48,455 nucleotides of DNA from Candidatus Methylomirabilis oxygeniifera. GTDB lineage: Bacteria > Methylomirabilota > Methylomirabilia > Methylomirabilales > Methylomirabilaceae. Under the pieces are notes generated by a model. It searched no databases and was not told the DNA's origin. It worked only from the letters and a program-made list of their open reading frames with translations. The DNA is taken from positions 1 to 48,455 of the forward strand of contig JACPQW010000064.1 of assembly GCA_016190285.1 (NCBI GenBank). Direction: 5' to 3'. Position numbers and translations under genes: made by a program. Position 1 is the stretch's first letter. Each line of letters opens with the position of its first letter. Shown piece by piece: positions 25,121 to 34,463 of this stretch.

Positions 25121-26017
25121 TCACCATCGCTTCAACCTGAATTCGACCGGCAGTACGGCCCAGGCGGCGACGGCCCGGTGGTCTCTTCTTGTCGGTTCAA
25201 AGCGCCAGCGTTTGATTGCCTGGACTGCCGCGTGGTCGAGGTCTGCGTAACCGGACGACCGCTCAATCGTGACATTGGCCACACCGCCATCGGCTTGCAC
25301 CAGGAATTTGAGGAGGGCCGTCCCCTCGATGCCGGCCCGGCGGGCCGACTCCGGATAGCGGGGGGTGACCTGGTAGCCTCCTCGAGGTCTGGCGATGCCG
25401 AGTTGAAGGCCCGTGACCTTGGGGCCGGCGTCGGTCGTACCGAGGCCAAGCCCGCTTGTACCGGGTCCACCGCTGCCACCTCCCGCCCCTACTCCAGGGA
25501 GGACGGCCATGTCCCCATTCGCAAAGTGCCTTCCAGCCCCCGCCTCTCCTCCCTCTGCCGATCCGGAGGCGGAGACCGCCTGGCTGCTGGCCGTCGTCGC
25601 TGGCCCGATCACGTTGCCTGGGGGTGGAGGAGCTTCCAGTTTCGTGACAGGGAGCGGGATCACGGGACCGGGTCGTGGCTCCTCTTCCTTTGTTGTGGAA
25701 GGGGACGGCAGGCTCGGTGGTAGCTCTTTGGCTAGCGGCGGAGATTCTGTAGATGGTTGGATGGCAGGAGGGGGAAGGGGTTTTTCGATGAGTCGCGGCG
25801 GCGTGATCTTCTGCGCTGCCAGAGGCGTTGTTCGCTCCGGCTTTGGTTGGAGGAGAGGAGCAGGCGACGTGGGCTCAGCGGTGACGACCTGGATTGGGAT
25901 AAGCTCCATGGGAGGCGCCTGACCCCAGAATCCGACCAGTCGAGAGGCGGAGGCCAGCGCGGTCACATGGAGCAGGACCGACACGAGCAGCGGCAACGTC
26001 AATGCACGTGAGGTCAT
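25121..26017 (-). CDS. tonB: TonB energy transducer
   Basis: SVLLH TM motif, Pro-rich linker, PRYPESARRAGIEG and WRFEP C-terminal domain. Confidence 0.9.
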   Translation of the reverse strand: MTSRALTLPLLVSVLLHVTALASASRLVGFWGQAPPMELIPIQVVTAEPTSPAPLLQPKPERTTPLAAQKITPPRLIEKPLPPPAIQPSTESPPLAKELPPSLPSPSTTKEEEPRPGPVIPLPVTKLEAPPPPGNVIGPATTASSQAVSASGSAEGGEAGAGRHFANGDMAVLPGVGAGGGSGGPGTSGLGLGTTDAGPKVTGLQLGIARPRGGYQVTPRYPESARRAGIEGTALLKFLVQADGGVANVTIERSSGYADLDHAAVQAIKRWRFEPTRRDHRAVAAWAVLPVEFRLKRW

Positions 26018-26433
26018 GGGTGTCTGCGCGCCTCTGCCGGTTTGACCGCGATCGCCATCCGACTGACGCCGGCCCACCTGGCCACGTCCATCGCCTCCAC
26101 GACACGTCCATGCGACACTGTCTCATCTGCACTGAGGATCACCGTGAGTTCTGGATTCACCGCGAGCAGCCCCTTCAGCCGCTCTCGAAGCTGATCGACT
26201 GAAATGGGTTGCTTGTCCAGATAGAGCTGTCCATCTTTTGTGAGCGTGACCGCCGCATGTTCGCGCATACCCTGTTGCCCCGTCCCTGCCTTAGGAAGAT
26301 CGATCGGCATCCCTCGGTAGACCGCCATCGAGAGGGACGCCATCATGAAGAAGACCAGAAGGAAGAAGATCGTATCGATCAGCGGGATGATCTCGATACG
26401 GGCCTTCCGGGGCGGGCGGCGAAGCAGTTTCAT
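26014..26433 (-). CDS. exbD: ExbD/TolR family protein
   Basis: IEIIPLIDTIFFLLVFFM; DLPKA; LSAD. Confidence 0.93.
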   Translation of the reverse strand: MKLLRRPPRKARIEIIPLIDTIFFLLVFFMMASLSMAVYRGMPIDLPKAGTGQQGMREHAAVTLTKDGQLYLDKQPISVDQLRERLKGLLAVNPELTVILSADETVSHGRVVEAMDVARWAGVSRMAIAVKPAEARRHP

Positions 26434-27032
26434 GGTCGGGTTTCCTTCAATGCGAGTTCGAGTCGAGAGCCGTAGCGCTCGATGTCGCCCAATATCCGCT
26501 CGACCCGCGCAGCGAAGTAGTTGTACGGGACCAGGGTCGCGATGGCGATCCCGAGGCCTGTCGCGGTCGCGATGAGGGCTTCAGCGACCCCGCCGGTGAT
26601 GGCGTGGGGTTGGTTGATGCCGCCGGAGGCCATGACCCCGAAGCTGCTGATCATCCCTGTGACGGTACCGAGGAGGCCCAATAGGGGTGAGAGGGTGATG
26701 ACCGTGTCGAGCAACGGCAAGTATCGCCGCATGTGGGTCAGCTCTTCATGGGCGGCGGCCTCCATCGCCAGCGTTGGCGCAGGGTTCCGATGGCGAATCC
26801 CGGCTGCAAGGACGCGGGCCACCGGAGAGCGGGAGAGCTCGCCGAACTTACGCGCATCCTCCCATTGGCCGGCCGACGCCAGCGCGAGCATCCGCTCCGT
26901 CTCCCCGGAGGGACGCAGGCGCCACCAAAACAGTCCCCGTTCGATGACCACGGCCAGCGAGGTAATCGAACAGCAGAGGAGGGGGATCATGACCGGCCCC
27001 CCTTTAATGAGAAGCGCAACGAGTCCCGACAT
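26430..27032 (-). CDS. exbB: ExbB/MotA/TolQ family protein
   Basis: PLLGLLGTVTGMI and GVAEALIATATGL; AAGGAGGT SD. Confidence 0.93.
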   Translation of the reverse strand: MSGLVALLIKGGPVMIPLLCCSITSLAVVIERGLFWWRLRPSGETERMLALASAGQWEDARKFGELSRSPVARVLAAGIRHRNPAPTLAMEAAAHEELTHMRRYLPLLDTVITLSPLLGLLGTVTGMISSFGVMASGGINQPHAITGGVAEALIATATGLGIAIATLVPYNYFAARVERILGDIERYGSRLELALKETRP

Positions 27033-27219
27033 CTTTACCTCCTTCACTCACGTTTGTGGCTCAAGGACCTTCGAGTTCTTTCGTCCTTCCTACGTCGTCG
27101 GCCTCCCTGTGTAGGAGGGTAGTGAGCGCCAAGATATAGCGACGCTGAGGCGAGCCTTGGGCCACAGCCCATGGCGTCCACAACCGCACTATTCGGTTTC
27201 AGAACCCGCCTAAGCCCGG

Positions 27220-27239
27220 GAAAAGGCGTACGCGCCTTC
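27220..27239 (-). terminator. Short terminator-like hairpin between leader ORF A and exbB
   Basis: Minus strand gaaggcg-cgta-cgccttttt. Confidence 0.45.
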
Positions 27240-27292
27240 GCTCACGCGAAATAATTGTGGTGTCTACCGGTTCGGTATTCGAGTGGAGAGAC

Positions 27293-27625
27293 TTATATGA
27301 GGGCGAACAGGGGTGGAGAGCGGCCGGTCAGCTTGATGGAGCAGGTCTCAGGACTGTGTTGAGGCAACGGCAAGAAGGTGAGCAGTACAGCCACAATCAA
27401 AGACAGTGTTATGGCTGACGACGGCACATGAGAGGAAACGGTTTTGTGAACCCAGGTACAGACAGAGCTGAGATGATCATCTGCTTGAGCTTGGAGGTGC
27501 GCATTGTGCGGATGGACCAGACACAGGATAAGGAACGCGTTCACCAGCAGATAGAGGCTAAGCGCCGATGCGGCGAGGAGCCGGAAGGATCGAGCTTCGT
27601 GGAATGGTCTGTTCAAGAGCCGCAT
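27293..27625 (-). CDS. DUF2946-like leader protein A (His/Cys-rich, ends TGRSPP)
   Basis: N-terminal hydrophobic helix; CLVHPHNAH..H..CTWVHK; second hydrophobic stretch; RSPP 5 aa before the stop. Confidence 0.8.
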   Translation of the reverse strand: MRLLNRPFHEARSFRLLAASALSLYLLVNAFLILCLVHPHNAHLQAQADDHLSSVCTWVHKTVSSHVPSSAITLSLIVAVLLTFLPLPQHSPETCSIKLTGRSPPLFALI

Positions 27626-27749
27626 ACGTGAAATCTCATCTCGCCAGGCGCTACATACGACCGACAGGAGGAACACAGCGTGGGAACATTGTTACTTCCT
27701 TCGGATATGCTTGTCTACAGATACCTGCTCACTGCTGCAACACAATCGT

Positions 27750-28010
27750 TCACGCCTGCGCCGCTATCGGAGGGCGGCGCTCCAACCGCCAGGGCCGCTT
27801 CGGTCGGCCGTCATGACAATGAATCGGTTCGTCACCGAAGGTCCGGTTCTGTTCAATCAGCGTGGTCACAGAGCTCTCGAAGATGCGGAGACTTCCTTTT
27901 CCAATCTTGGTGGCCTCCAACCGGCCTTCTTGGACCCAACGATAAATGGTCCAACGGCTGACGCTCAGCAGCGTCGCCGCTTCATCGACGCGCAATAAAG
28001 ACTTATGCAT
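27750..28010 (-). CDS. Excisionase-like HTH_17 DNA-binding protein
   Basis: LLRVDEAATLLSVSRWTIYRWVQEGRLEATKIG. Confidence 0.85.
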   Translation of the reverse strand: MHKSLLRVDEAATLLSVSRWTIYRWVQEGRLEATKIGKGSLRIFESSVTTLIEQNRTFGDEPIHCHDGRPKRPWRLERRPPIAAQA

Positions 28011-28021
28011 CGCTCTGACTC

Positions 28022-29218
28022 CTATCTGTTCGTTGATGACGGCGTTGCCGTTGGCGTGTTGTGCGCCGGCGGATGGCCGCCATTATGCTGAGCCGACTTG
28101 AGATGTTCGAGGTGACGTACATGGCGGGCTGGCGGTAACTGTGTGAGCAAGGCCGAACACGCCAGCACGATCATCACGATGATCCACTCCAGCCGGACAA
28201 ACCGGGAGAACCGGTATCGAATCCGTCGGGTGTCCCTAGCCTCGTTGGCTGCTTGCGGACTGCCGCTGATACGCGGGATCGTCCTGAAACCCGGTTGGCC
28301 GTGCTTGGTCACGCTTGGTCTCAACTGGGTGAGGAAGTAGAACCGGTTGACCGCCGCAATCATCAGGATAAGCGCCACGAGCGACAGCTTCACCAGGAGA
28401 GTCCAACCGTAGGCGGAGGCGACGACAAACGAAAGGACGCCTACCTGTAACCAGGTGTTGTAGAGCCCCGTCAGCAGAAAAATAGCTACACAGCCGACCG
28501 CTATCCTGGAGAAGATCCTGGCGATTAGTGAGAGCGCACGTACCATTTCTTCCATGTCTGTCATCGCCAGAGAACGCTTGAGCAGAAACCCGAAGGTGAA
28601 TAGCCCGCCGATCCATATGGAAACCGCTAGGAGATGGAACCAGTCAACCAGCGCCGGAACCGACACATCGCCCCAGTCGGCCGCGTGGCCTGAGAGGGTC
28701 GTGGTGAGGGCCACGAAGCAGGCGCCAAAGAAGGAAGCCCACGCGAACTGTGGGCTTGCGGTCGTCCCCAGCAGCCGGAGCCACCAGGTCATACCCGGCA
28801 GCCCCAAGCGGGGGATTCCGGCGATCCAGGCAAACCGGGAGGGTGCGGCCGACCCCTGTAGCCGGAGCCACCAGGCCGCGCCCAGCAGCCCTAGCAGGAG
28901 GATCCTGACGATCCACACCGTCCCGAAATGGGTGTGTCGAAGGACCATCGGAAGGGCGAGGCCCAATGTGGCCAGGCCCCCGCCGCTCATCGCCAGGGTT
29001 CTCAAAATCAGATCTGTTACGCTCGTGAGCGCCACGATCAGGATCGAGCCTGCCTGAACTCGGCGAAGATGTCGCTCAAGGATTTGGTATCCCTCACGCG
29101 ATAACAGACCCGGCGGAAGGATCAGGCACACAAAGGCGAAGCCGCCGATCAACATGGTGAGGCTCACAAACCCCAGGTAGCGGATAACGATCGGCACGAG
29201 GGTCTGCATGTCGGTCAT
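28022..29218 (-). CDS. copD: Copper resistance/uptake protein CopD
   Basis: THFGTVW, SGHAA, HLLAVSIWIGGL, FSRIA, TGLYN and YGWTLLVKL motifs; His-rich tail. Confidence 0.9.
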   Translation of the reverse strand: MTDMQTLVPIVIRYLGFVSLTMLIGGFAFVCLILPPGLLSREGYQILERHLRRVQAGSILIVALTSVTDLILRTLAMSGGGLATLGLALPMVLRHTHFGTVWIVRILLLGLLGAAWWLRLQGSAAPSRFAWIAGIPRLGLPGMTWWLRLLGTTASPQFAWASFFGACFVALTTTLSGHAADWGDVSVPALVDWFHLLAVSIWIGGLFTFGFLLKRSLAMTDMEEMVRALSLIARIFSRIAVGCVAIFLLTGLYNTWLQVGVLSFVVASAYGWTLLVKLSLVALILMIAAVNRFYFLTQLRPSVTKHGQPGFRTIPRISGSPQAANEARDTRRIRYRFSRFVRLEWIIVMIVLACSALLTQLPPARHVRHLEHLKSAQHNGGHPPAHNTPTATPSSTNR

Positions 29219-29586
29219 GGGCTCGACGAGATGGTGAACGGATAGTCGCCTTCAGTACGGTGAGTATCGATAGAAATGACGTTCCAGAATACCCGATATT
29301 TTCCGGGTGGCAGAGACGGGAGGCTCACCTCCAGGACCGTATGGTCCGCCGGATTCACGCGTCCGTCCTGTTTATCCACCTGCTGCCCGTTCGCATCGAC
29401 GACCTTGATAGTGCTGAAGATCGGCTCAATGGGCACATCGAACCAGATCCTGACCTGAGCAGGCGGTTTATTGACCGTCCACCCCACTCGCGGTTCCGAG
29501 TGGTCTGGGAAGGAATGGCCCCAGGCCGATGTAGCCATCAGGAGCAGTCCTATCACGAAAGCCGTAGCGCTGCTCCATGGTCCCAT
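29215..29586 (-). CDS. copC: Periplasmic copper-binding protein CopC
   Basis: Signal AWG-H giving an N-terminal His; YRVFWNVISIDTHRTEG. Confidence 0.9.
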   Translation of the reverse strand: MGPWSSATAFVIGLLLMATSAWGHSFPDHSEPRVGWTVNKPPAQVRIWFDVPIEPIFSTIKVVDANGQQVDKQDGRVNPADHTVLEVSLPSLPPGKYRVFWNVISIDTHRTEGDYPFTISSSP

Positions 29587-29593
29587 CGATCGG

Positions 29594-30553
29594 TTATCTC
29601 GGCAGTATTTGCGGTCCCAATACCCCATGGAACGGTGTCCAGGTGAAAATGTCAGGCGCGATATCGTCGAGGAAGAAATGGACCATCCCCAAAATTCCGA
29701 CGCTGCTGCCTGACGTATTGTTTAAAGGAATCTTCGCCTCAACTCCGAGTTGCATATACTTCCCGGCCCAGATCAGTCCAGGGTTCGCAAAGGCGGTGTG
29801 GCTTCCCTTCTCTGGACCGCTGATCAAGGTTTCGCCGTTGAATTCCACGATGGGGAACAGGCGGTTGAACGGCCAGGGGAGTCCGACGTCTTTCACAAAC
29901 GATTGCAGATACGGGACACTGTACATCACGGTAACTCCCCAGGCGAAGGCGTGTTGGGCATCTTCTTCTCTGTCATTGCGGTTGGTGCGCAGGTCGAAGC
30001 CGACCGACGTAGTGACCGCAACCGGCTTGAGCCAGTCGGCCCAGTCCGGGAGATCACCGAACCCCTTACCGATCTGAAGAGCCGGGCTGACGGTCGTTCC
30101 TGAGAGCCTGCCGACTCGCCTGTCCCCGACGCCGCCTGGCGAGACATTGATGGCGGCGGTGGCGGCCAGTTCGTGCATCGAATCCCGAATGAACTGATAG
30201 CGGAGCATGAACTCCGGATTCGTCCAGCCGTGAGCGGTCTCGTGGCCCTCTTCCTCTTCCTCGCCACGAGGTCTGCTGATTACTCTGGTGCCGCCGACTC
30301 CGATTGCCAGATTCGGAGTCAACCGCTTGGTCAACTCCATTTCTATCTCAGTTTCTAATTCCTCCGGCCCTCTGATGTGCTCGACCACGGTACTTAACTC
30401 GTCAGAGACGAATGGGTCTTCGACCGCCAACATAGACGGGAACCAACGCTTTCCTACAACGCCGTGAGCCCACCCGTCGGCAGGCCACGCGATCATAACG
30501 GCAATACCTACGACCAAGGAACAGATACGGGACCAACCGGTCACGTGGCGCAT
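29594..30553 (-). CDS. Putative outer-membrane beta-barrel with N-terminal His, copper-associated
   Basis: Signal GWA-H; HGVVGKRWFPSMLAVEDPFVSDE; amphipathic beta strands; first gene of the copCD unit. Confidence 0.7.
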   Translation of the reverse strand: MRHVTGWSRICSLVVGIAVMIAWPADGWAHGVVGKRWFPSMLAVEDPFVSDELSTVVEHIRGPEELETEIEMELTKRLTPNLAIGVGGTRVISRPRGEEEEEGHETAHGWTNPEFMLRYQFIRDSMHELAATAAINVSPGGVGDRRVGRLSGTTVSPALQIGKGFGDLPDWADWLKPVAVTTSVGFDLRTNRNDREEDAQHAFAWGVTVMYSVPYLQSFVKDVGLPWPFNRLFPIVEFNGETLISGPEKGSHTAFANPGLIWAGKYMQLGVEAKIPLNNTSGSSVGILGMVHFFLDDIAPDIFTWTPFHGVLGPQILPR

Positions 30554-30712
30554 GAGCTTCCCTCCTGAATATAAGCTCGCCATTCCGAGAAGACCAATTT
30601 GCTTCGAAGCTGCCGGATTCCTAGTCAGCCTGCGTCAAACCGATATACCGTAAATCTACGGTGCTTCCACGGGCAGAAAAGTTTGGTGCGAGACCTCGCC
30701 GCTCACCGACTC

Positions 30713-30802
30713 GTCATTGCGAGCGACCGAGGGGAGCGTGGCAATCTCACCGTCGTTGTCCTGAAGGACTGTAAGATTGCTTCGGCTTCGCCTCGCAATG
30801 AC
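30713..30802. repeat. REP/RPE-like palindromic element
   Basis: gtcattgcgag...gcaatct / agattgc...ctcgcaatgac nested inverted repeats. Confidence 0.8.
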
Positions 30803-30910
30803 ACGGCGACTTCTAACCAATTCAAGAGGAGTACGGTGTATGCGTCGCCCCGCAAAATCTTCCAACTTCTATCAGTACCTGGTGGACGTCGGGACCGACG
30901 GTTGAGAGGG

Positions 30911-31243
30911 TCAAGCGAAGCAGGGCTGGGGCGGTGATCGACCGGTGCAGCGAATGATCCGAAACTGGGAAAGGCGTGGGAGGAGCGGTATGACGATAAG
31001 TAGAGTTGCTGCAACTGCCGGCAGTATCAATCCCGCTGATGGCGCATGAGGCGACACGGTCTTATGGACCCACATACAGATCGAGGCGAGATGACTATTG
31101 GCCTGACCTTGCAGGTGCCCGTTATGGGGCTGGACGAGACAGTGAGTGAGGAAGGCGTTGAGGAGTAGGTAAAAGCCAAAGGACGCAGCCGCAAAATATT
31201 TGAGGCGCAGGCGAATTATGGATCGATCATGTAATCGTTGCAT
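30911..31243 (-). CDS. DUF2946-like leader protein B (paralog of A, ends TGRSPP)
   Basis: HCLVQPHNGH..H..CMWVHK..CTGRSPP; colinear with 27293-27625. Confidence 0.8.
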   Translation of the reverse strand: MQRLHDRSIIRLRLKYFAAASFGFYLLLNAFLTHCLVQPHNGHLQGQANSHLASICMWVHKTVSPHAPSAGLILPAVAATLLIVIPLLPRLSQFRIIRCTGRSPPQPCFA

Positions 31244-31301
31244 TGGAGGATATGTGATCCTACTTCGCGAATCAACTTGAGCAGGCCCCTGAACCATATG
31301 T

Positions 31302-31331
31302 AGGCTATCGGAGCCGGATTGCTGCTGTCAA
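31302..31331 (-). promoter_or_regulatory. Sigma70-like promoter upstream of leader B
   Basis: TTGACA-18 nt-TAGCCT. Confidence 0.55.
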
Positions 31332-31361
31332 GTAGAAAAACGAAACGCCGTTTTCCAGGGG

Positions 31362-34300
31362 TCAGGCAGCGTCTGCGGGCTCGCGTTCAAACCAGCGATA
31401 GAGGCTCGGAAGCACAAAGAGTGTCAGCAGTGTGGATGTCACGAGGCCACCGATAACGACTGTAGCCAGCGGGCGCTGGACTTCGGCGCCCACGCCATGG
31501 GATAGCGCCATCGGGACAAACCCGAGGCCGGCGACGAGGGCCGTCATCAGGACCGGTCGCAGACGGATCTCAGCGGCCTTGAGCGCCGCATCGCTTGCAG
31601 AGAATCCCTCCTCACGAAGGTGCAGGATGTAACTCATCAGAACCACGCCGTTCAGGACGGCCACGCCGAACAGGGCAATAAAACCCACCCCCGCAGAGAT
31701 ACTGAACGGCAATCCGCGCAAGGCCAACGCGAGCACCCCGCCGGTTACCGCCAGCGGGACGTTCAGAAAGATCAGCAGCGCCGGTCGGACCGCATTGAAG
31801 GTGGTATACAGCAGGACAAAGATCAGGCACAGTGAGAGAGGAACGACGATGGTGAGGCGACGGGTTGCGCGATCCAGATTTTCAAACTGCCCACCCCACT
31901 TGATATGGTAGCCGGGCGGCAGTGTAAGCTCTTTGGCGATTCGGTCCTGCGCTTCGCGCACGAACGAGCTGAGGTCGCGGCCCCTCACATTAGCTTCTAC
32001 CACGATCCGCCGGCTGATATCTTCCCGGCTGACCTGGGCGGGACCCTCTTCGATACTGACAGAGGCCAGTTGCGCAAGAGGGATGAGGGCGCCATTTGGG
32101 GCGGCAACGGGTAAGTCCTGGAAGGAAGGGAGATCAGTAGGGCTACTGCCGACCGCTCGGACGACCAGAGGAAACCGTCGCTGCCCTTCAAAGACCGTTC
32201 CCACCACCCTCCCGGCGCCGGCGGCCTCCACAGCGGCCAGGACATCTGCCGCGTTGATCCCATATCTGGCGATCCGCTGCCGGTCCACCTGAATCCGCAG
32301 AACAGGCAGACCGGCAATCTGCTCGGCCCGGACATCCCGGCCACCACGGATCTGCCGCAGGATGTGGGCTGCCTGGTCCCCTTTTTCCTTTAAGACCTTG
32401 AGGTCGTCCCCGAAAATCTTGAGTCCGATATCGGATCGGACGCCGGCGATCAATTCATTGAATCGCATCTCAATCGGCTGGGAGAAGCTCATGCCCACGC
32501 CAGGAACCTCGGACGAGAGGGTGGCGGCGAACTTGGCGATCAGCTCTTCTTTCGTTCGGGCCGTCCGCCACTCCGTCTGCGGGCGGAGGCTGACGAAGAT
32601 GTCTGAGAGTTCCATGCCCATCACATCGGTGGCGACCGCCGGGGTCCCAGTCCGCGAAACGACCTGCCTCACCTCGGGGAAGCGGAGGAGGGTGCGCTCG
32701 ATCTCGGTTGTGCTCTTGAGCGACTCGTCGAGCGCGATGCTCGGCAAACGCCAGGCCTGGATGACGATGTCGCCCTCATTCAGTTGCGGGATAAACTCCC
32801 CACCGAGAAACGGTACCAACAAGAGGCTCACGACGAAGGCCGATGCCGCGATGAGGGCGGTCATTGTCGGGTGGTGAACGCACCAGTTGAGCCGCGGTAC
32901 GTACAGGGCCTTGGCGCGGCGGAGGAGCCACGAATCGCCCTCGGCGATCGGCCCTCGCAGGAATAGGGAAGCCAGCACCGGCATAAGAGTAAACGACAAG
33001 ATCAGCGATCCGATAAGGGCGAAGATAACCGTAAACGCCATCGGCTTAAACATCTTCCCCTCGACGCCCTGTAACGTGAGGATCGGCAGATAGACGATCA
33101 CGATAATGCTGACGGCGAAGAAGATGGGCCGCAGGACCTCCCGTCCGGCTCGGAGGATAATGAGGGGACGTTCCTCTCGCCGCACCCCGCGCTCTTCCGC
33201 CAGATGCCGGACGATGTTTTCAATCATGACCACCGCGCCATCCACGATGAGTCCGAAGTCGATCGCGCCCAAGCTCATGAGATTCCCGGAGATCCCCGTC
33301 TGGATCATCCCCGTGAAGGCGACCAGCATGGAAAGCGGAATGGCAGCCGCCACGATCAACCCGCCCCGAAGATTGCCGAGGAGCAGGAGTAACACGGCGA
33401 TGACCAGCAGGGCCCCCTCGATGAGGTTGGTCGTGACCGTCCGGATGACCTTGTTGACGAGATCGGACCGATCGTAAAACGGCTCGATGATGATCCCGGG
33501 CGGTAGGTTGGGCTTCATCCGCTCCACTTCTTCTTTAATCCGCTCGGCCACGACGCGGCCGTTACCGCCGCGAAGCATCAGGGTCATGGCGATCACCGCC
33601 TCGCCCTCGCCGTTCCGGGTGGCAGCGCCGATCCGCGGCATCGCATCGATCTTGACTTCGCCCAATTGAGCGACGGTCAGTGGCGTGCCGCCAGGCCCCA
33701 CGCCCACGATGATGCGGGACAGGTCCTCCGAGCGTTCGACCAGCCCTTCCCCGCGAATCACGTAGGCCTCGCCATTGTGCTCGATGTAGCCGCCGCCGGC
33801 GATGGCGTTGTTCTTTTCCAGCGCATCGAAGACCCGACCGATCGGGATTCGGTACGAGACGAGTCGTTTCCGATCGATGAGGACGTGGTACTGCTTCTCA
33901 TACCCGCCTTCCGGCGAGACTTCGACCACCCCAGGGACCCCGCGCAGTCTGTACGCGATTTGCCAATCAAGAATCTCGCGGAGCTGCATCAGGGTATAGC
34001 CCTCACCTCTCACAACGAACTGATACACCTCGCCGAGGCCCGTAGTCACCGGCCCGAGCGCCGGCGTCCCGAAGCCTGCGGGAATTTGCTCTTTGGCTGC
34101 AGCCAGCCGCTCGGCCACCAGTTGTCTGGCGAAATAGATGTTGACGTGGTCCTTGAAGACCACGGTGACAGCCGACAGGCCAAAGCGGCTGATCGAGCGG
34201 ATCTCCTCGAGGTCCGGCAGGCCGCTCATGGCCGCTTCGATCGGAAAGGTGATGTATCGCTCCACCTCTACGGGACCCATCGGCGCCGTTTCCGTAAGGA

Positions 34301-34445
34301 TCTGCACCTGGACAGTCGTAATGTCCGGAAGGGCATCGATCGGCAGATCGCGCAAGGCCATCACGCCGCCGAGGACCAGGAGTGCGGTCAGGATCAGGAC
34401 GAGAAATCGGTTTTCCAGAGAAAGCTCAAAAATACGCTGGAGCAT
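31362..34445 (-). CDS. czcA: CzcA/CusA-family heavy-metal RND permease
   Basis: LPIDALPDIT, GAIDFGLIVDGAVVMIEN (CzcA-type), RLRPVLMTA and QRPLATVVIGG. Confidence 0.95.
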   Translation of the reverse strand: MLQRIFELSLENRFLVLILTALLVLGGVMALRDLPIDALPDITTVQVQILTETAPMGPVEVERYITFPIEAAMSGLPDLEEIRSISRFGLSAVTVVFKDHVNIYFARQLVAERLAAAKEQIPAGFGTPALGPVTTGLGEVYQFVVRGEGYTLMQLREILDWQIAYRLRGVPGVVEVSPEGGYEKQYHVLIDRKRLVSYRIPIGRVFDALEKNNAIAGGGYIEHNGEAYVIRGEGLVERSEDLSRIIVGVGPGGTPLTVAQLGEVKIDAMPRIGAATRNGEGEAVIAMTLMLRGGNGRVVAERIKEEVERMKPNLPPGIIIEPFYDRSDLVNKVIRTVTTNLIEGALLVIAVLLLLLGNLRGGLIVAAAIPLSMLVAFTGMIQTGISGNLMSLGAIDFGLIVDGAVVMIENIVRHLAEERGVRREERPLIILRAGREVLRPIFFAVSIIVIVYLPILTLQGVEGKMFKPMAFTVIFALIGSLILSFTLMPVLASLFLRGPIAEGDSWLLRRAKALYVPRLNWCVHHPTMTALIAASAFVVSLLLVPFLGGEFIPQLNEGDIVIQAWRLPSIALDESLKSTTEIERTLLRFPEVRQVVSRTGTPAVATDVMGMELSDIFVSLRPQTEWRTARTKEELIAKFAATLSSEVPGVGMSFSQPIEMRFNELIAGVRSDIGLKIFGDDLKVLKEKGDQAAHILRQIRGGRDVRAEQIAGLPVLRIQVDRQRIARYGINAADVLAAVEAAGAGRVVGTVFEGQRRFPLVVRAVGSSPTDLPSFQDLPVAAPNGALIPLAQLASVSIEEGPAQVSREDISRRIVVEANVRGRDLSSFVREAQDRIAKELTLPPGYHIKWGGQFENLDRATRRLTIVVPLSLCLIFVLLYTTFNAVRPALLIFLNVPLAVTGGVLALALRGLPFSISAGVGFIALFGVAVLNGVVLMSYILHLREEGFSASDAALKAAEIRLRPVLMTALVAGLGFVPMALSHGVGAEVQRPLATVVIGGLVTSTLLTLFVLPSLYRWFEREPADAA

Positions 34446-34463
34446 GCGGGATCCTCCAGGGGG

